From assembly GCA_001724265.1 (NCBI GenBank), contig MEDY01000090.1, positions 1-64,000 on the forward strand: DNA of 64,000 nucleotides, read 5' to 3'. The notes under the pieces were generated by a model that saw nothing but the letters and a program-made list of their open reading frames with translations, was not told the origin of the DNA and ran no database searches. The DNA is from Rhizaria sp. SCN 62-66. Lineage: Eukaryota. The number at the start of each line of letters is the position of its first letter. The first letter of the stretch is position 1. This document shows, one piece after another, positions 24,901-36,500 of the stretch. The position numbers and the translations under genes were made by a program.

Positions 24901-25259
24901 AACGTGAACGCACCGCCGCCGCCGCTGGTACTGTCGTCCCAGTCATTGCGGCCGCCGACGGGGGTGCGAGGACGTGTAAAGACGGCAGTGGTTGTGCTAA
25001 CACCGCTTGAACCGTCGCCGTTGCCGTTGGAGCTCGTGCCAAAGGGGCCAGCGCCAGAGCCATATCCGGAGCCTGTGTTGGTGTTGCTGCGGCCGCTTGA
25101 TTTGGCGCCAAAGCCACGACCCCGGTACGGAGGCAGAGTCCGGGTGGTAGACGGGTCAGAAAGCAGTGACCGTACTCTCGCCGCAGCAAGAGACAGCGCT
25201 GAGGCGAGACCCTCTGTGTCGCGGAGACCTCGGAGCTCGTTCATCAGCTGCAGGTCCAT
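21996..25259 (-). CDS. GCNA: GCNA/ACRC-like SprT metalloprotease with acidic disordered N-terminus, zinc ribbon and HMG-like C-terminus
   Basis: WSKTLLRTAG, IELSLKVLD..RLRSVLCHELCH (HExxH), CxxC...RHSKSID...CGKC, then YAAYVKQH...VMKALAERYK. ATG at 25259, TAA stop. Confidence 0.85.
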   Translation of the reverse strand: MDLQLMNELRGLRDTEGLASALSLAAARVRSLLSDPSTTRTLPPYRGRGFGAKSSGRSNTNTGSGYGSGAGPFGTSSNGNGDGSSGVSTTTAVFTRPRTPVGGRNDWDDSTSGGGGAFTFGITTLNNNTNTGKLSKNNVKSAAVNMSDYDDYAEEENYHNGLQLPTRPSNTGSISKFSRLDQSSSSSSSSSSSSSSSSGSDTSPDSESDTSAKIQRKSDAVTVTGGHTVQKKKRVLLDESSSSDSDYNYAHNNANKNTTANKQDSISGSESDSDVFHSPVQSEVKPRRPAQEKPPCAPEAKPPKPHKCRSLDSNSDRESDAHNATSTSVITIGDSSSGSGSSSSSSSSSSSSSSSSSSEGGDEGDSSDNEDTKTQLKTKSKSKSTDRTEGKSTSLDLSTIRRATPARKSRTKAALDLVTATQQLLLARKNNNSNNNNSNNRNNNTSMTDSVHGQLVPPSARKPRFVLDDDDDDKSSRNEKFGRTPLRRRILNDDDDDDDNSTLNTTTNKAKYLDVTTSESDNSSDRSYSDNNGNSDHSFVVTDGDESGISGVYSEFDNSDFNNTDNENSFFNYDDDDDSGHHHNHDHDHSHNDDDYDGENVKPSISEIKPPRNVDKNKTGTEVKPPAQPRVKPPTQKDQPKSKPHNTTDRVFKSDPNPNTNTITTKTGTNAGNGQPALSKIYEEVTGLTFSRRREALTATMFAELNAGVFQNMLPHDLPIKWSKTLLRTAGRARFPAYKPPTNNTTGNNSAVTSSCSGSNSSSATAATGSGTGNNASVGANTNRVSMESIGQRIRRTANIELSLKVLDSASRLRSVLCHELCHVATWLIDRVRPFHDSYFYAWGARATRYDRKLVVTRCHSYQVHKPFLFRCVACALEYRRHSKSIDLDKKRCGKCYGKLMLVGRFKNDGTPVKERELTGYAAYVKQHAGQVRKELAAAAATRAAIPATTGVNADVSASVGVSGKPVKVAQGAVMKALAERYKRDKDAGLIPASTTKAQQPPHKCTSKGGVYNDSGVEDDNSNAEDWVKLDDEGNGGDGEGIEQENRRLTFDDASDNDDNNNNTDAVAQENEDDGSELAKFLKSLSI

Positions 25260-25974
25260 CGCGACTTCTAAGAAGCAAACAAAGCGAGCGGTTGAAATAT
25301 TTTTTAGAAAAAAAAGAAAGAAATATAGGCGGAAAATGTCGCAATCTAACATTTAGTAATAGTATATTCTAATTTGACGGTAATTGAAAAGTACTACAAC
25401 ATGTTTTTAATTCGAAGCTCGGTTGGTTGGTAAGCTGGTGCTGACCGCGAGCCGTTGCACGCGGTCGTGGTTGGCCAACGGCTAGAATTGGCGGCTGCGA
25501 TCGGTGGTCGGGGGCGTTTCAATTCAGTTCGAGTGAAAACGGGGATTGGTCTCCTGCCTTTGATGTCCGGTACTTAGAAAAGTTATAAAATGTTCATTCA
25601 CTCTTGCGCAGCGAACAAACTACTTTAAATGATAATATCTCTCAGAAGCTGCATCTACCCCTATTTCGCGTGGTGCGAAACACTTCCGTCACTCAGAGCC
25701 GTTAGTCTACTCGCCACTTCTCTTCCCTTCGCCTGATCTCCTCACCACAAAGCTATAGCGCTACGCAAACAATGTTTTCTTTTTTAAACTTGTATCTACA
25801 CCTAAGATAATTGTTTTTATTCTTGTAAGCTGACATTTCACCCCGTTATCACCCACTTTTTTGTTCCGCAATCAGCCTCCAACCTCTCCTCTTCCTCCGT
25901 CGCGGCGCCCCCTTTCCCACGCCCCGTTTCCCGCCGCTTTTCCGTTGTCGCTCCTTTTCCCGGTCCCCGACACA

Positions 25975-26853
25975 ATGAGCAGCAGCAAAGCTATGGCGGC
26001 GCAGATGCGCGACTTCGCCAAGTCCCCCGCTTCCCAGACTCTGATTGTCAACGATGCGAGCATGATGAAGGCTCTCGTCCAGTTCATGTCCACCACGACT
26101 GACCCTGAGATCATGCTTCTCTGCACCGAGACGTTCCACCACCTTGCTGGCAACGCCAAGTGCCGCGAGATCATCCTCAAGCGCACTGAGATCATGACGA
26201 ACCTTGAAGTTCTCGCTGTTATCAACGCTGGCGACCACGCTGAGCAGATCAGCGCCAACGCCAAGTCGGCCCTCGCACTCCTCGCTACCCCCGCTCCCGC
26301 CGCCGCCGCTGCGCCCGCGGCTGTGCGCGGCGTGCTTGGCCCCGCGTCCGCCGCGTCCGCCGCCGGCAGCAACAGCAGCGGCGCCAGTGGTAGAAACGCG
26401 AGCTCGTCGACGAGCTGGTCGTCCCAGAACCTCCGCCCCACGGGTGCCTTCGGCGGCCGCGGGTACCTGACCTCGATCTCCTTCTCCGTGCCCTCACTGC
26501 AGGGCGACGAGCAGCGCAACCAGCTCGAGAGCGTGCTTATCCACACCCGCGGTGTCGTTTCCGTCACGATTGACGTCGCGACCAAGCGTGCTCGCATTTA
26601 CACCAGTAGCAGCACCGATGAAGTCAGCTCTGCGATCATCAAGACTCTTGCGGAGAATGATTTCCCCGACGCTGCCGTTGTTGAGGTTGCCTCCAAGGAC
26701 GATGCCGCTGGTAAGAGCAAGAAGCCCGGGTATGTTGACCTCAACTCGTGCGCGAACAAGGATGCGCTGGTGCGCTATCAGCGGTCTGCAAAGAAGACTG
26801 ATAACGCTGCTGGCAACGGGTGGTTCTCCAGCGTCACCTCGTACTTCTGGTAA
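25975..26853 (+). CDS. ARMC1: ARMC1-like protein (armadillo segment plus HMA-like domain)
   Basis: N-terminal ARM-like helices, HMA-like segment (LESVLIHTRGVVSVTIDVATKRARI) and aromatic C-terminus GWFSSVTSYFW as recalled for ARMC1. TAA stop. Confidence 0.7.
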   Translation: MSSSKAMAAQMRDFAKSPASQTLIVNDASMMKALVQFMSTTTDPEIMLLCTETFHHLAGNAKCREIILKRTEIMTNLEVLAVINAGDHAEQISANAKSALALLATPAPAAAAAPAAVRGVLGPASAASAAGSNSSGASGRNASSSTSWSSQNLRPTGAFGGRGYLTSISFSVPSLQGDEQRNQLESVLIHTRGVVSVTIDVATKRARIYTSSSTDEVSSAIIKTLAENDFPDAAVVEVASKDDAAGKSKKPGYVDLNSCANKDALVRYQRSAKKTDNAAGNGWFSSVTSYFW

Positions 26854-27938
26854 AAGCCGTATATCTCCGCGTGATATCCTTCAAACACTCGGTGTTTTAA
26901 TTCTCAGCTGAATAGGTGCGATCTGTACTCATTTTCCGAGTTTTTTAGATATGAGACATTTGGAGTGATGTGTGAGAGGGTGTTTGAGGAAGGACGAAGT
27001 TGCTTTGTTTCTGCTTTGTCTTTTAGCTCTAGCTTCGGTGAGAACAGTTGAGCAAATTGAAAACAAAGCAAAGCAAGTGAGGGCTGTTCATTTTGGTGTG
27101 CATGTGTTCCATTGTTCCGCTGTATGACACAGCGAGAACAGATATGTTTAGGTTTCTCTCGCATTTGAGTTTGCAGTAGTTGAGACACATGTGAGTCTGG
27201 AAAGAGGTTATAGAAGCACAAGCACTGTCGTGTTGTTTTAGTTACAACAGCAGCAACACCTGTGTTGGTATATCGTTCTTTTCAAGTTCGCATTCGAGCT
27301 TTCTTGTGTGACGCGTAATGTGTAATTTGCTGTATGATCACAGTCAATTTGCTATGGCTTGTCTTCAAAGACACACGTTCACTTACGAGTACGCACACTT
27401 GCTGCTTACAGCTGTAAAAAGTAAACTAGTCATTGCGAGCACACATGCACACAGGTGAACGCTTTCGCTTTCACAGAAGTTATTAGTTATAGTTACAACG
27501 GCAGATGAGCTTCGTTGCTCTCATTGTTGTTCGTGACAATTAAGAATATTAGGTAAATATGATGATATCAAAGTAAAAAGCAAATCAAAAACAAAAAATG
27601 TCGACAAAGCAAAGAAAAACACAAAGACAAAAGAAAGAGACACTAAGCGACTTTGATGATGCATGATGTTAACGAGAACGCAAGACGAGTTTCTTGTGCT
27701 GATAAGTTTCATCGCGAGCATATCATTCATTAATACACATATAAATGCAAACAAAACGACAGAGTCAAGATATATTCATATTTTAAAAGATCGTTTTTGT
27801 GTATTGAGGGCGCATCTTTGTTTGCGTGCGCGCGAGTCAACCAGTTTGCGCATACGAGAGCGCTTAAACTAATAACCCCGAATCTAAATCTCATGTTAAA
27901 ATACCTTACTTATCATACATACATCTTACGTTGCGTAT

Positions 27939-28652
27939 TTACTGCTTGTCAGCCGCAACCTCGCTGGCAGCAGCAGCCGCCGCCGCCTCAGCAGCCTCGG
28001 CGGCAGCAGCCTCAGCCTCGTCCGCAAGCAAAAGGTCGGGGTTCTCGGCAAGGTACTTCTTAAGCTTATCCAGCGCGCGGTAGCGGTGCGAGATGGCGTT
28101 CTTTTCCTCCTTGCTCATCTCCGCAAACGTCTTGAGCGCGCCGGTCTCGGGGTCAGCTGTTTGCTCGCTGGGCTGGAAGATCGGGTCCCAACCGAACGAG
28201 TTAGGGCCGCGCGCGGGGACAATGGTTCCAGGGCAAATGCCGGTGAATGTAACAGGCTGCTCGCCGGCGCGGCGGCAGAAGGAAAATGTGCACATCGCGT
28301 AGGCTGACTTGTCGGGAAAACCAGCGAGCATTTGGTTCAGACCATCGTGGTGAAGCTTGTCGAGAAACCACTTGATGTAGGGGCCAGGGAGGCCCTTGAG
28401 AGCGTTGAAGCAGAGACTGGTGTCTTCGACGATGACCGGGCAGTTGGCCTGCGCAGCGGCGAGACGGCACTTCTCGCGGGAGATGTCCTCAGGCTCACCC
28501 TGGAGCTCGGGAAGGTCGATCTTGAGGGATGTAAGCGAAGGCACGGCGTTGCCAAGGATCGCGGAAGTCTCCTTGAGCTTGTTGGCGTTGCCAGTGACGA
28601 AGGCGAGAGGCAGCACGCGGCGCGCAATACCGACGACGGGGGAAACGGACAT
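27939..28652 (-). CDS. ITPA: Inosine triphosphate pyrophosphatase (HAM1 family)
   Basis: [61 protein letters not shown] stop. Confidence 0.97.
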   Translation of the reverse strand: MSVSPVVGIARRVLPLAFVTGNANKLKETSAILGNAVPSLTSLKIDLPELQGEPEDISREKCRLAAAQANCPVIVEDTSLCFNALKGLPGPYIKWFLDKLHHDGLNQMLAGFPDKSAYAMCTFSFCRRAGEQPVTFTGICPGTIVPARGPNSFGWDPIFQPSEQTADPETGALKTFAEMSKEEKNAISHRYRALDKLKKYLAENPDLLLADEAEAAAAEAAEAAAAAAASEVAADKQ

Positions 28653-29188
28653 GATAAAACGCGCGGTGGGCGAAAAATGCAGTTTCGATCAGAGGATAAG
28701 TCACGGAGCTGGTGGCAAATGTGACGCATTGCGTGGCTCCGCGAGCCGTTGCCACAGTCCCTCCACTCTCGCCTTACTTTGTCAAAGTATATCACCTTGG
28801 ATCTTCCGACAGTGAGACTGTACCCAGTATTATCTGTTTTTCATAAGTGTATTATGCTTATTTTTCTTTTTATACGATATGAGTTTGATGCTATCTCTCG
28901 CGCAGTCCCATTTCGGCAATGTGACCCGAGAGCCAAGGTCTCACAGTCGCGTCTGCCCCACATTTCCCATTTGTTCTCCATTAAAGCAGAGCCTCAACAG
29001 GTTAAATGAAGAGATAACAAAGGCAACTCCCGATTAATTTTGTTTCTTTCTTCACAGACACCCAGAGCTTTTCATATCGAAATATCCCTTCTTTTCAGTC
29101 TCTGACCCTCTCGCCAGGGACAATCTTCCCGCTCCTATACATCTATCTCCACTTTGATTCGACTTCGACTGAGTCACGACCGCTCACA

Positions 29189-30214
29189 ATGTCACTGCCA
29201 CCTCAGTCATAGCCCTTGCTGCCACAGCAGCAGTTGCCACACCCACATCGCCCTTTGCGCATCTGTATCGTGAGCGACTTTTTCTTGCCCCGTCTCGGCG
29301 GCGTTGAGTTGCACCAATACCAGCTTGCGCAATGCTTACGTGCTCTGGGGCACTATGTCATCGTCGTCACAGGTTCTTACACGCCACCGCCGCCGCCTCA
29401 CCTGCCGTTAAACAAGGAAGTTAAACCGCCACGCGTTCCACAGGCGAAGTCACGCCATGAGGAGGTGGCAACGTATGCGGCGAAGGCGCATAACAACAGC
29501 AACAAGATCAACAATAACAACAACAACAACAACAGCAGTCACACCGACAGCAACACCAACGGCGACAACGACAGGGATGACGCTGGCGATGTCAGCGAGA
29601 TTGGTACTGAGACTGATGACTAGGACAGTGAGTTCTACGTGCCGTATAACAACGCACGACAAGGTGTTCGCTACTTAGCAGGGCTTAAGACGTACTATTG
29701 CCCCCACATCGCACTTCACAACCAGGTACTTAAAAACAAGATTTTATGGGATTTATCCACGGATATGAAACTGAGTTCAGAGTATAGTATGCAATAGTAC
29801 TTATTCATACTTTCTCTATGTGATTTATCTTCGTCAACGAACCTATGTGTTCCGTTAAGTAATATTCTATCAAGTGTTACTCACAATCACACTTCTTCTT
29901 TTGTTTTTGTTTCAATCAACAATCAAGGTATCTTTCCCGACTCTAATTGGATTTTTCCCTCTTTTTCGTGACATTCTGTTACGCGAGCGCATTGACATCG
30001 TCCACAGCCACCAAACCACGTCCCCTTTAGCTCACGAAGCGTTGTTACTGGCCGGTACAATGGGACTGAAGACTGTGTACACTGATCACTCATTGTTTGG
30101 CCTATCCTCAGTCTCGAGTATCCTCGTCAACCAGCTCATGGCGTTCACATTGACACCCGCGAGCGCTGTTATCTGCGTATCACATACGCTCAAGGAAAAC
30201 CTCGTTCTCCGTGT

Positions 30215-30254
<40 letters not shown>

Positions 30255-32041
30255 TGCAACAGCATTAACAACACAACGAGCAGCAAGAGTGATCTAAGTG
30301 CGAATGCCGTTGGTCTCAGTGCCAGCGCAGTGTTTACGATTCCAAATGCGTTGGACCATACACGTTTTATGCCTGCGCTAAGCGCTGAGAGGTGGTCTAA
30401 GGGTCGGCAGACACTTAACACCCCGGGCACCACTAAGACCGACGCAAACGACAACGTCGACAAGACCTTGGGTTTAACTGCGGTCAAGAGCTCTAGCTCC
30501 AGCTCTAGCTCCAGTTCTAAGTCGAGGACTCGTAAGGGATTGTCTCTAAACCACTCGAAGAACTCTACTGGCATCGCTAGCTCTCCTCCCTTGCTCGTGG
30601 CGCCTGCGCAACAACAACGCCCTGTGACCGTGGTAGCGTTGTCACGGCTCGTCTACCGCAAAGGTATTGACTTAGTGGCTGCCATCATCCCTCCCGTTTG
30701 CGCGGCGCGGCCGCATGTGAACTTCGTCATCGGAGGCGGCGGACCGAAAAATCACTTGCTACTCGAGATGATTCACCGGCATGGACTGCAGCAACGCGTG
30801 ACTCTGCTCGGGGAAGTGCCGCAGTCACGCGTACGCGCGGTCTTAGCGCAGGCTGATGTATTCCTGAACTGCTCGCTCACAGAGTCGTTTTGCATTGCTG
30901 TGCTGGAAGCGGTCGCAGTTGGCGCGAGGGTTGTTGCGACACGGTACGCAATCAGTAACTAAATTACACTTTTGGAGACATATATTATATTCTACGAGCC
31001 TTAAATTTAATTATATCACGAGTATATTTAAATTTTCGTTTTTTATTTAAAATATTAAAGCTAATCGTGCATATTGATTTCACCAAACACTTTTTGTTGC
31101 TGTTGAGTCTTACTCTCTTTCTTTGTTTCTGTTTGTTTGTGTGGATCTTCTATAGGGTGGGTGGTGTCGGTGAGATCTTACCAGAGGACGTGATCACGTT
31201 TTGCGCACCCAACGTCAGCGCTGTGTTGGCTGCGACACTCACGGCTGTCGATGACTGCGCCGTTGACAGCAGTGACCACTGTGCTATCCACAGCAATTAC
31301 AACAACAAGATCAACAATAACAACACTCACTTGAATGACAGCGGAAACAAGACCACGGGTCACCGTGATTCTAATAACAGCACGACTGCTGACATGAGTG
31401 ATGCCGGAGCTGACAGTGAGCAAGAAAGTGACCGCGACGGTGACGGTGGCCGGGAGCAGCGCCACAATAGCAACAGCAGTGATATCGCAACGACAAAGCT
31501 ACGTTGTAATGACTGTGAGCGTTTGCGTTTGCATGCGATTGTTGCAAAGCACTACTCGTGGCATTCAGTCGCACAGCGGACCGCCGTTGTCTACAACAAC
31601 ATCATGTTCGATAACAACGACACCGATCATAACGTTTACAGTCGAAACAACAGTACTGACGGTTGCAGCAATAGCATTGGGTCGTTTCGCCACTTTGCGC
31701 GTCGCTTGCTTGCCCTCACCGCGCTCCGAGTGCGGCTTTACTTCAAGTCATCCGGCCCCGTCGCTGGCCCGTTGTTTGCCGGTGCGGCCGCATTTGCCGC
31801 AGCCGTCGTGCTCCTGCTTGAAGTGATCTGGCCCCAGTCAGAGATTGAGCTTGTTCCTGATCAAGAGGACCAGTCTAAGGGGGTACTCAGTCGGCTGGAG
31901 AAGTGGGAGGACTGGACTATTGACACAACGTTATCTGCTGTATCACAAGCTGGATCGTTGCAGTCTCAGGCGCAGGCGCAGTCGATTGTGACGGTGGATG
32001 CTGGGGAAGAGGATGTTTTGTTGGGATTGCGTCTGAATTAA
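29189..32041 (+). CDS. PIGA: Phosphatidylinositol N-acetylglucosaminyltransferase subunit A; exons 29189-29725, 29928-30943, 31156-32041 (~812 aa)
   Basis: [86 protein letters not shown]. Phase-compatible GT-AG introns. In-frame TAGs at 29210 and 29621; TAA stop. Confidence 0.92.
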
Positions 32042-32462
32042 GACAAACAACAAAGGATATATAGGCATTATTTTTAGATAGGAACCATGATTAATTAGCA
32101 TATACACCAATTTTATTTTGGAATAAATAAGATGTCAACAGGTTATGCAAGTACAATTACTCCTGACCACTAGTGTGTTTTGGTGCCTGCAACAAGCTCG
32201 CGAAAAAACTGGCTGGCCGGACCAGTCTCGAATTCCGACGGCCAAAGGGCGCTTTCGGAGTTGTCTTGTAGATCCCTTCATATCCGCACAATGCGCACAA
32301 AACACCAATATCACGGCTGATCACGAACGCATATTTGTTAATCCTTTTTTGCATATATCCAAAAAAGATATCTTGCGCCACTTTACCCGACCTTTACTCA
32401 CTCCCCCCACGCCGCACCTCTTGCCCGCTTCCTTCTTTGCGTCTTCTGTAGCCCTCTCCGCC

Positions 32463-33558
32463 ATGCTCCGCAACCTCGCCCGCGTCGCGTCCAAGCTCCC
32501 TCGCACCTCCGCGCTCTCCATGCCGGCCCGTTTCTCCTCTAACGCCGTCCGCTGCCTGTCGAGCATGCACGAGCGTCTGACGACCGAGGCCGACAGCTAC
32601 GACCGCCTCCTCAACAACACCGACCCTCTGGCCGTGCTTAAGAACTCCTCCGCGACTGTTGTGGAGAACGACATCACTGTGTCGTTCGATGGTGAGCTGC
32701 ACCGCGTTGTGGTCAGCCTCACGAAGGAGTTTGACTACCGTGAGATGACTGAGGAGGAGTACGCGCAGACTCAGCGCGAGAACTCTGACGAGGCCAACGA
32801 GGACGAGGTCGACGAGGTACGTTGCTATCCGAGATAAACCTCGCTTGCATCCTATCTTTTAAATCTTCAACTCAATATTCAGTCACATCTACCTGTAAGT
32901 CAAGTTGTATTCTCACATATGTACATATACCTCTTTTGACGGCGCTTTCTTAATGCTGTTTCGCCACATTTTAGGTCGCCTTCCACCCCATCACCGCGTC
33001 CTTCACCCCCCTGTCCTCTGGCGCCGGCGCCGCGGACAAGATCACTGTTGTGGGTGAGATGCACCCTGACGGCCGCTGCCTCGTCTCCGAGATCACTCCT
33101 CACTGCAAGGCCACTGGCAACGCGCTGCGCACCATCTCCCTCGGTGACCTCGACGAGGGCTCGTCCACTGCCATCTTCGAGGCGCTTGAGGCCTGTGGTC
33201 TCCACACTACCGCGATTGAGGCTATCACCAAGCACGCCCGCCGTCTCCGCATCCAGGTACGCATATCTACTCTCGATTATCTACGTATCTCTACTCTCGA
33301 TTATCTACGCTTACACGGGGAATCAGACGTTCAGCAAAGAGTTTATTGCATTTTTCAGGACGTATTTTTGCTAAAATTGCGGTGATTTTTCTTGATATAA
33401 CTGACTAATAGTGTAATTTATGTTGCTCTCTCACATACTCAATTTTTGCGCTTTTTTGTGCGACATTTCGTCTTGTTTTGTGTTTTTGCTGTAAACAGGA
33501 GCACGTCGATGCCCTCAAGGCTATCAACGAGTTCGTCCTCAAGAGCACCACTGACTAA
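32463..33558 (+). CDS. Mitochondrial acidic matrix protein, MAM33/C1QBP-like; exons 32463-32816, 32975-33256, 33499-33558
   Basis: Arg/Ser-rich presequence-like N-terminus, acidic middle, and C-terminal DLDEG..AIFEALEACGL...EHVDALKAINEFV resembling the MAM33 family pattern. Phase-0 GTACG..AG introns; TAA stop. Confidence 0.65.
33266..33309. repeat. Short direct repeat in intron (TCTACTCTCGATTATCTACG x2)
   Basis: Two exact 20-nt copies at 33266 and 33290. Confidence 0.8.
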
Positions 33559-36500
33559 GTGCAAAGTAAGTCCCTAACACTTTTATCGCTCGTACAGTGT
33601 AAGTACTCGTCTTACATGCAAGGAACAGATCTCTTTGATGTCTATCTCGAGCTTCATCAACAACGTTCAAGTTATGCTTGAAAGCTAAAGTTCAGCGACA
33701 CACGTCATGGGGATCGTATTCAAGCATGTCATGTCACACAAGACATTCTCGCGGTCTTATGTCATGATGGCGAAGCAAAGCTAAGGCAATGCAAGAGCAG
33801 TATCACCTGGTTGATGTTGTTTCGCTTTGTCACGGTTTTGTTCAGTCGATTGAGATAGGGCTTGGTAGAGTGTGATAACTTATTTTCTCATCCTGTCATC
33901 AGTGTAATTTAACAAGAACAACAATAAACCGAAAATTAAACTGCAACATACCAAACAGAGGCACTACGCCGTGTCTTGGCAGCAAACAACTGACGGCAGC
34001 TCTCGCGACGAAGAAACCTCAGCGCGACCCCGAACAGGCGCGATCGTGCATCACTGCCGGCCCTACTGACAAGTTCACAGCCACTTAATGCCATCGGCGA
34101 TGTCTTGGGATGTCGCCGTTCTGTAACGAGCCTCAATTTACCACAGATGTGAAATATACCACGTTTAAACAATGTCAGCGCTGAATACACAAACATACCT
34201 TAAGTGACCGTAATCACAACATCTAATGGTTACATGTGTTACCGTTTTGGTTAAAAGTAGGGGTGAAAAAGGAGCTTCATGTGTATTTGAAAGAGAAATA
34301 TGACTGTTCATCAAAGAACAAGCCGGAGATGAGAGAGTGATGAATAACCAAAACAAGCCAGAAAAGCACACGGACAGCCTTTGGGTGAAAAGAACAACAG
34401 CGGAGGCGATCGTTCAATCGAGAGCTAGAGAGTCGACGAGTACGTGTGATAGGTTATTCTGACTTATATTCGTAAGAGATTGCTCTGCGTTGGAGTCCTT
34501 CCTTCCACAAAAGGACTCGCAACTATACACACACAGGAACAGTAGCAGCAACAACTCCAAACACAAGATTGTTTGTGGTGAATGTTGTTAATATTATGGT
34601 TGGTGAGTGTACAGAGAGGGTGGGTTAGTAAGAGAGAGGTAGTTTTGTTGCCACAAAACAAAAAAGCATAGCACTGATCGGTTGTAAGTGCGGATTTTTG
34701 TTTTTGTTTGGACTCGCGTGTGGGGCCAGCACAAGCGCACTCAGCAACACTAACAACAGCGCCACCATAAGCGAGGTGTTGGAAGTATTGCAGAAGGGAA
34801 ACGTAGTGATTTGCTTTCTATACGACGCATAGTTCATATGTCTCTGTCCGCTCTAATGAGAGAACATAGCGAGACGCGAAAGCACACTAGTTACGCTTGT
34901 CCCACAGGGAGTCGCATCCCCCCGCTTACAGAGAGTGCAAGGGGAGGTGCGAGTAGTCGGCGAGTCCGGAGGGGGGAGGGACAACAAAGGGAGACATGAA
35001 GCGGTTAGTATCGATCTAAAGCATGAGTTAAAACAACACACACACAACAATGTTATTGGAGTTGTTGTGTCGCGACTGATGCAAAAGAAAGTGAGATTTG
35101 TGAGCAAAGACAAAACATCTAGTCACTCTGAAAGAGTAAATGAGTGAAAGTATTTTGTGAAAGCATAACACGATATCAAACAAATAAAGATTTGTTTGCT
35201 TGTCCGCGTAATGCTTGCGTTGCTCTCGGCCCCCTTACACACGCATACACGACTTAGGTTTTGAGACGAAGTCTAAGTGTGTGTGTGGAGTGTAAAGGGG
35301 ACACGAGGAAAAGTGACTGACTTATTTGATTAAAACACAATCGCAAGGAACAAACAGCTTTGCTGCAGTTTGAACGTTACGTAAAGTGCTAGTGTTGTTC
35401 AAAATAGAGCAGGAAAGTAAACTGCTGTGACTATAAATCAGCGTCAACAGTCAGGTTACTCACTTACCACAGGTGATATACAAATACCAGTGTGTAAGCA
35501 CAAGGTGATACGAGGCCTTGTCCAGATCTAAGGGGGGTTTGTTTTTAAATCTAAGTAGAATCTGCGTGAGCGAAATGGCACACAACAGAACAGGGGGTGA
35601 ACAACATCAAAGTTAAGGCGTCAGCGCAAACGCGCCCCTCGATCTCCCGACAAAGAAAGTCAAGCCGCAACAGAGGCAGCTTAGCTTCGCGTTGAAGTGA
35701 AAGAGAGGGGCATGCATGCGATCATTTCCTCGCCCTTAGCTAACCGCCACAGCTACACTGTTGCTCTCCAGTTCGTTCATTCGCCTGAGTGTGTGGGCAG
35801 AGTAAACGGATGAGAGCAAGTGTAAAAGGTGCGCTGGTTCGAAGAGCGCACCACCGTGGCGGGTGTTAGTGTCCAGAGAGACGAGTATACAAGGCAGGAG
35901 CCAGTCGGTAAACAGCGCATGTGACGGCGCATCGACATACTGACTGACACAAGTTGTAAGCGTGAAGCTACTCAGGACTTAAGGCGACGACGACTGCAAG
36001 TGTGTGAAAAAGAAAAAAACTTGTTACTGGAGTTACGAGAGCTTGTGCTGGATGTTTGCTTGCTTGTGCTTGGGTTATGTTTGTTTTGGTTGTTGTTTGT
36101 TTTGGAATACGAAGAGAGTTTTGCGAAAACTGTTATTGGTGTTATTTTGTTTTGTTCTTGGGTTTTTGTTTTTGTTTGGTTTCTAGTTTTGTTGATGTTT
36201 TTTTTGAGCGCCATAGAAGTTATTTTTTGTTTTGTTATTTTGAGGGCGTTTTAAAAAGAGAATTGATAGTAAAAATGCATCGGAAGAGGAATTGAAATAT
36301 CAAGGTGACAGTTTCGCTAATGATTTAGCATGAGAAGAACAGAGACTAAAACTATAAAAAAAATAAAGAGCAAGTAAGCAAGCAAGTAAAGATGAAGAGA
36401 AATGAAAGAAAGCACAAGTTGATTCGTAGCTGTCACAAGAGACACACGTTTTGAGTTAGCAGTCGGGTCGCACCAAGTCGACAGTAGCATCACCTCGCAT

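Noticed and set aside
29621-29623. TAG as pyrrolysine, pseudogene lesion or micro-intron acceptor
   Set aside because: TAGs occur in unrelated genes and in variable regions, there are no accompanying TAA/TGA lesions, and no consistent nearby donor in AT-rich intron-like sequence.
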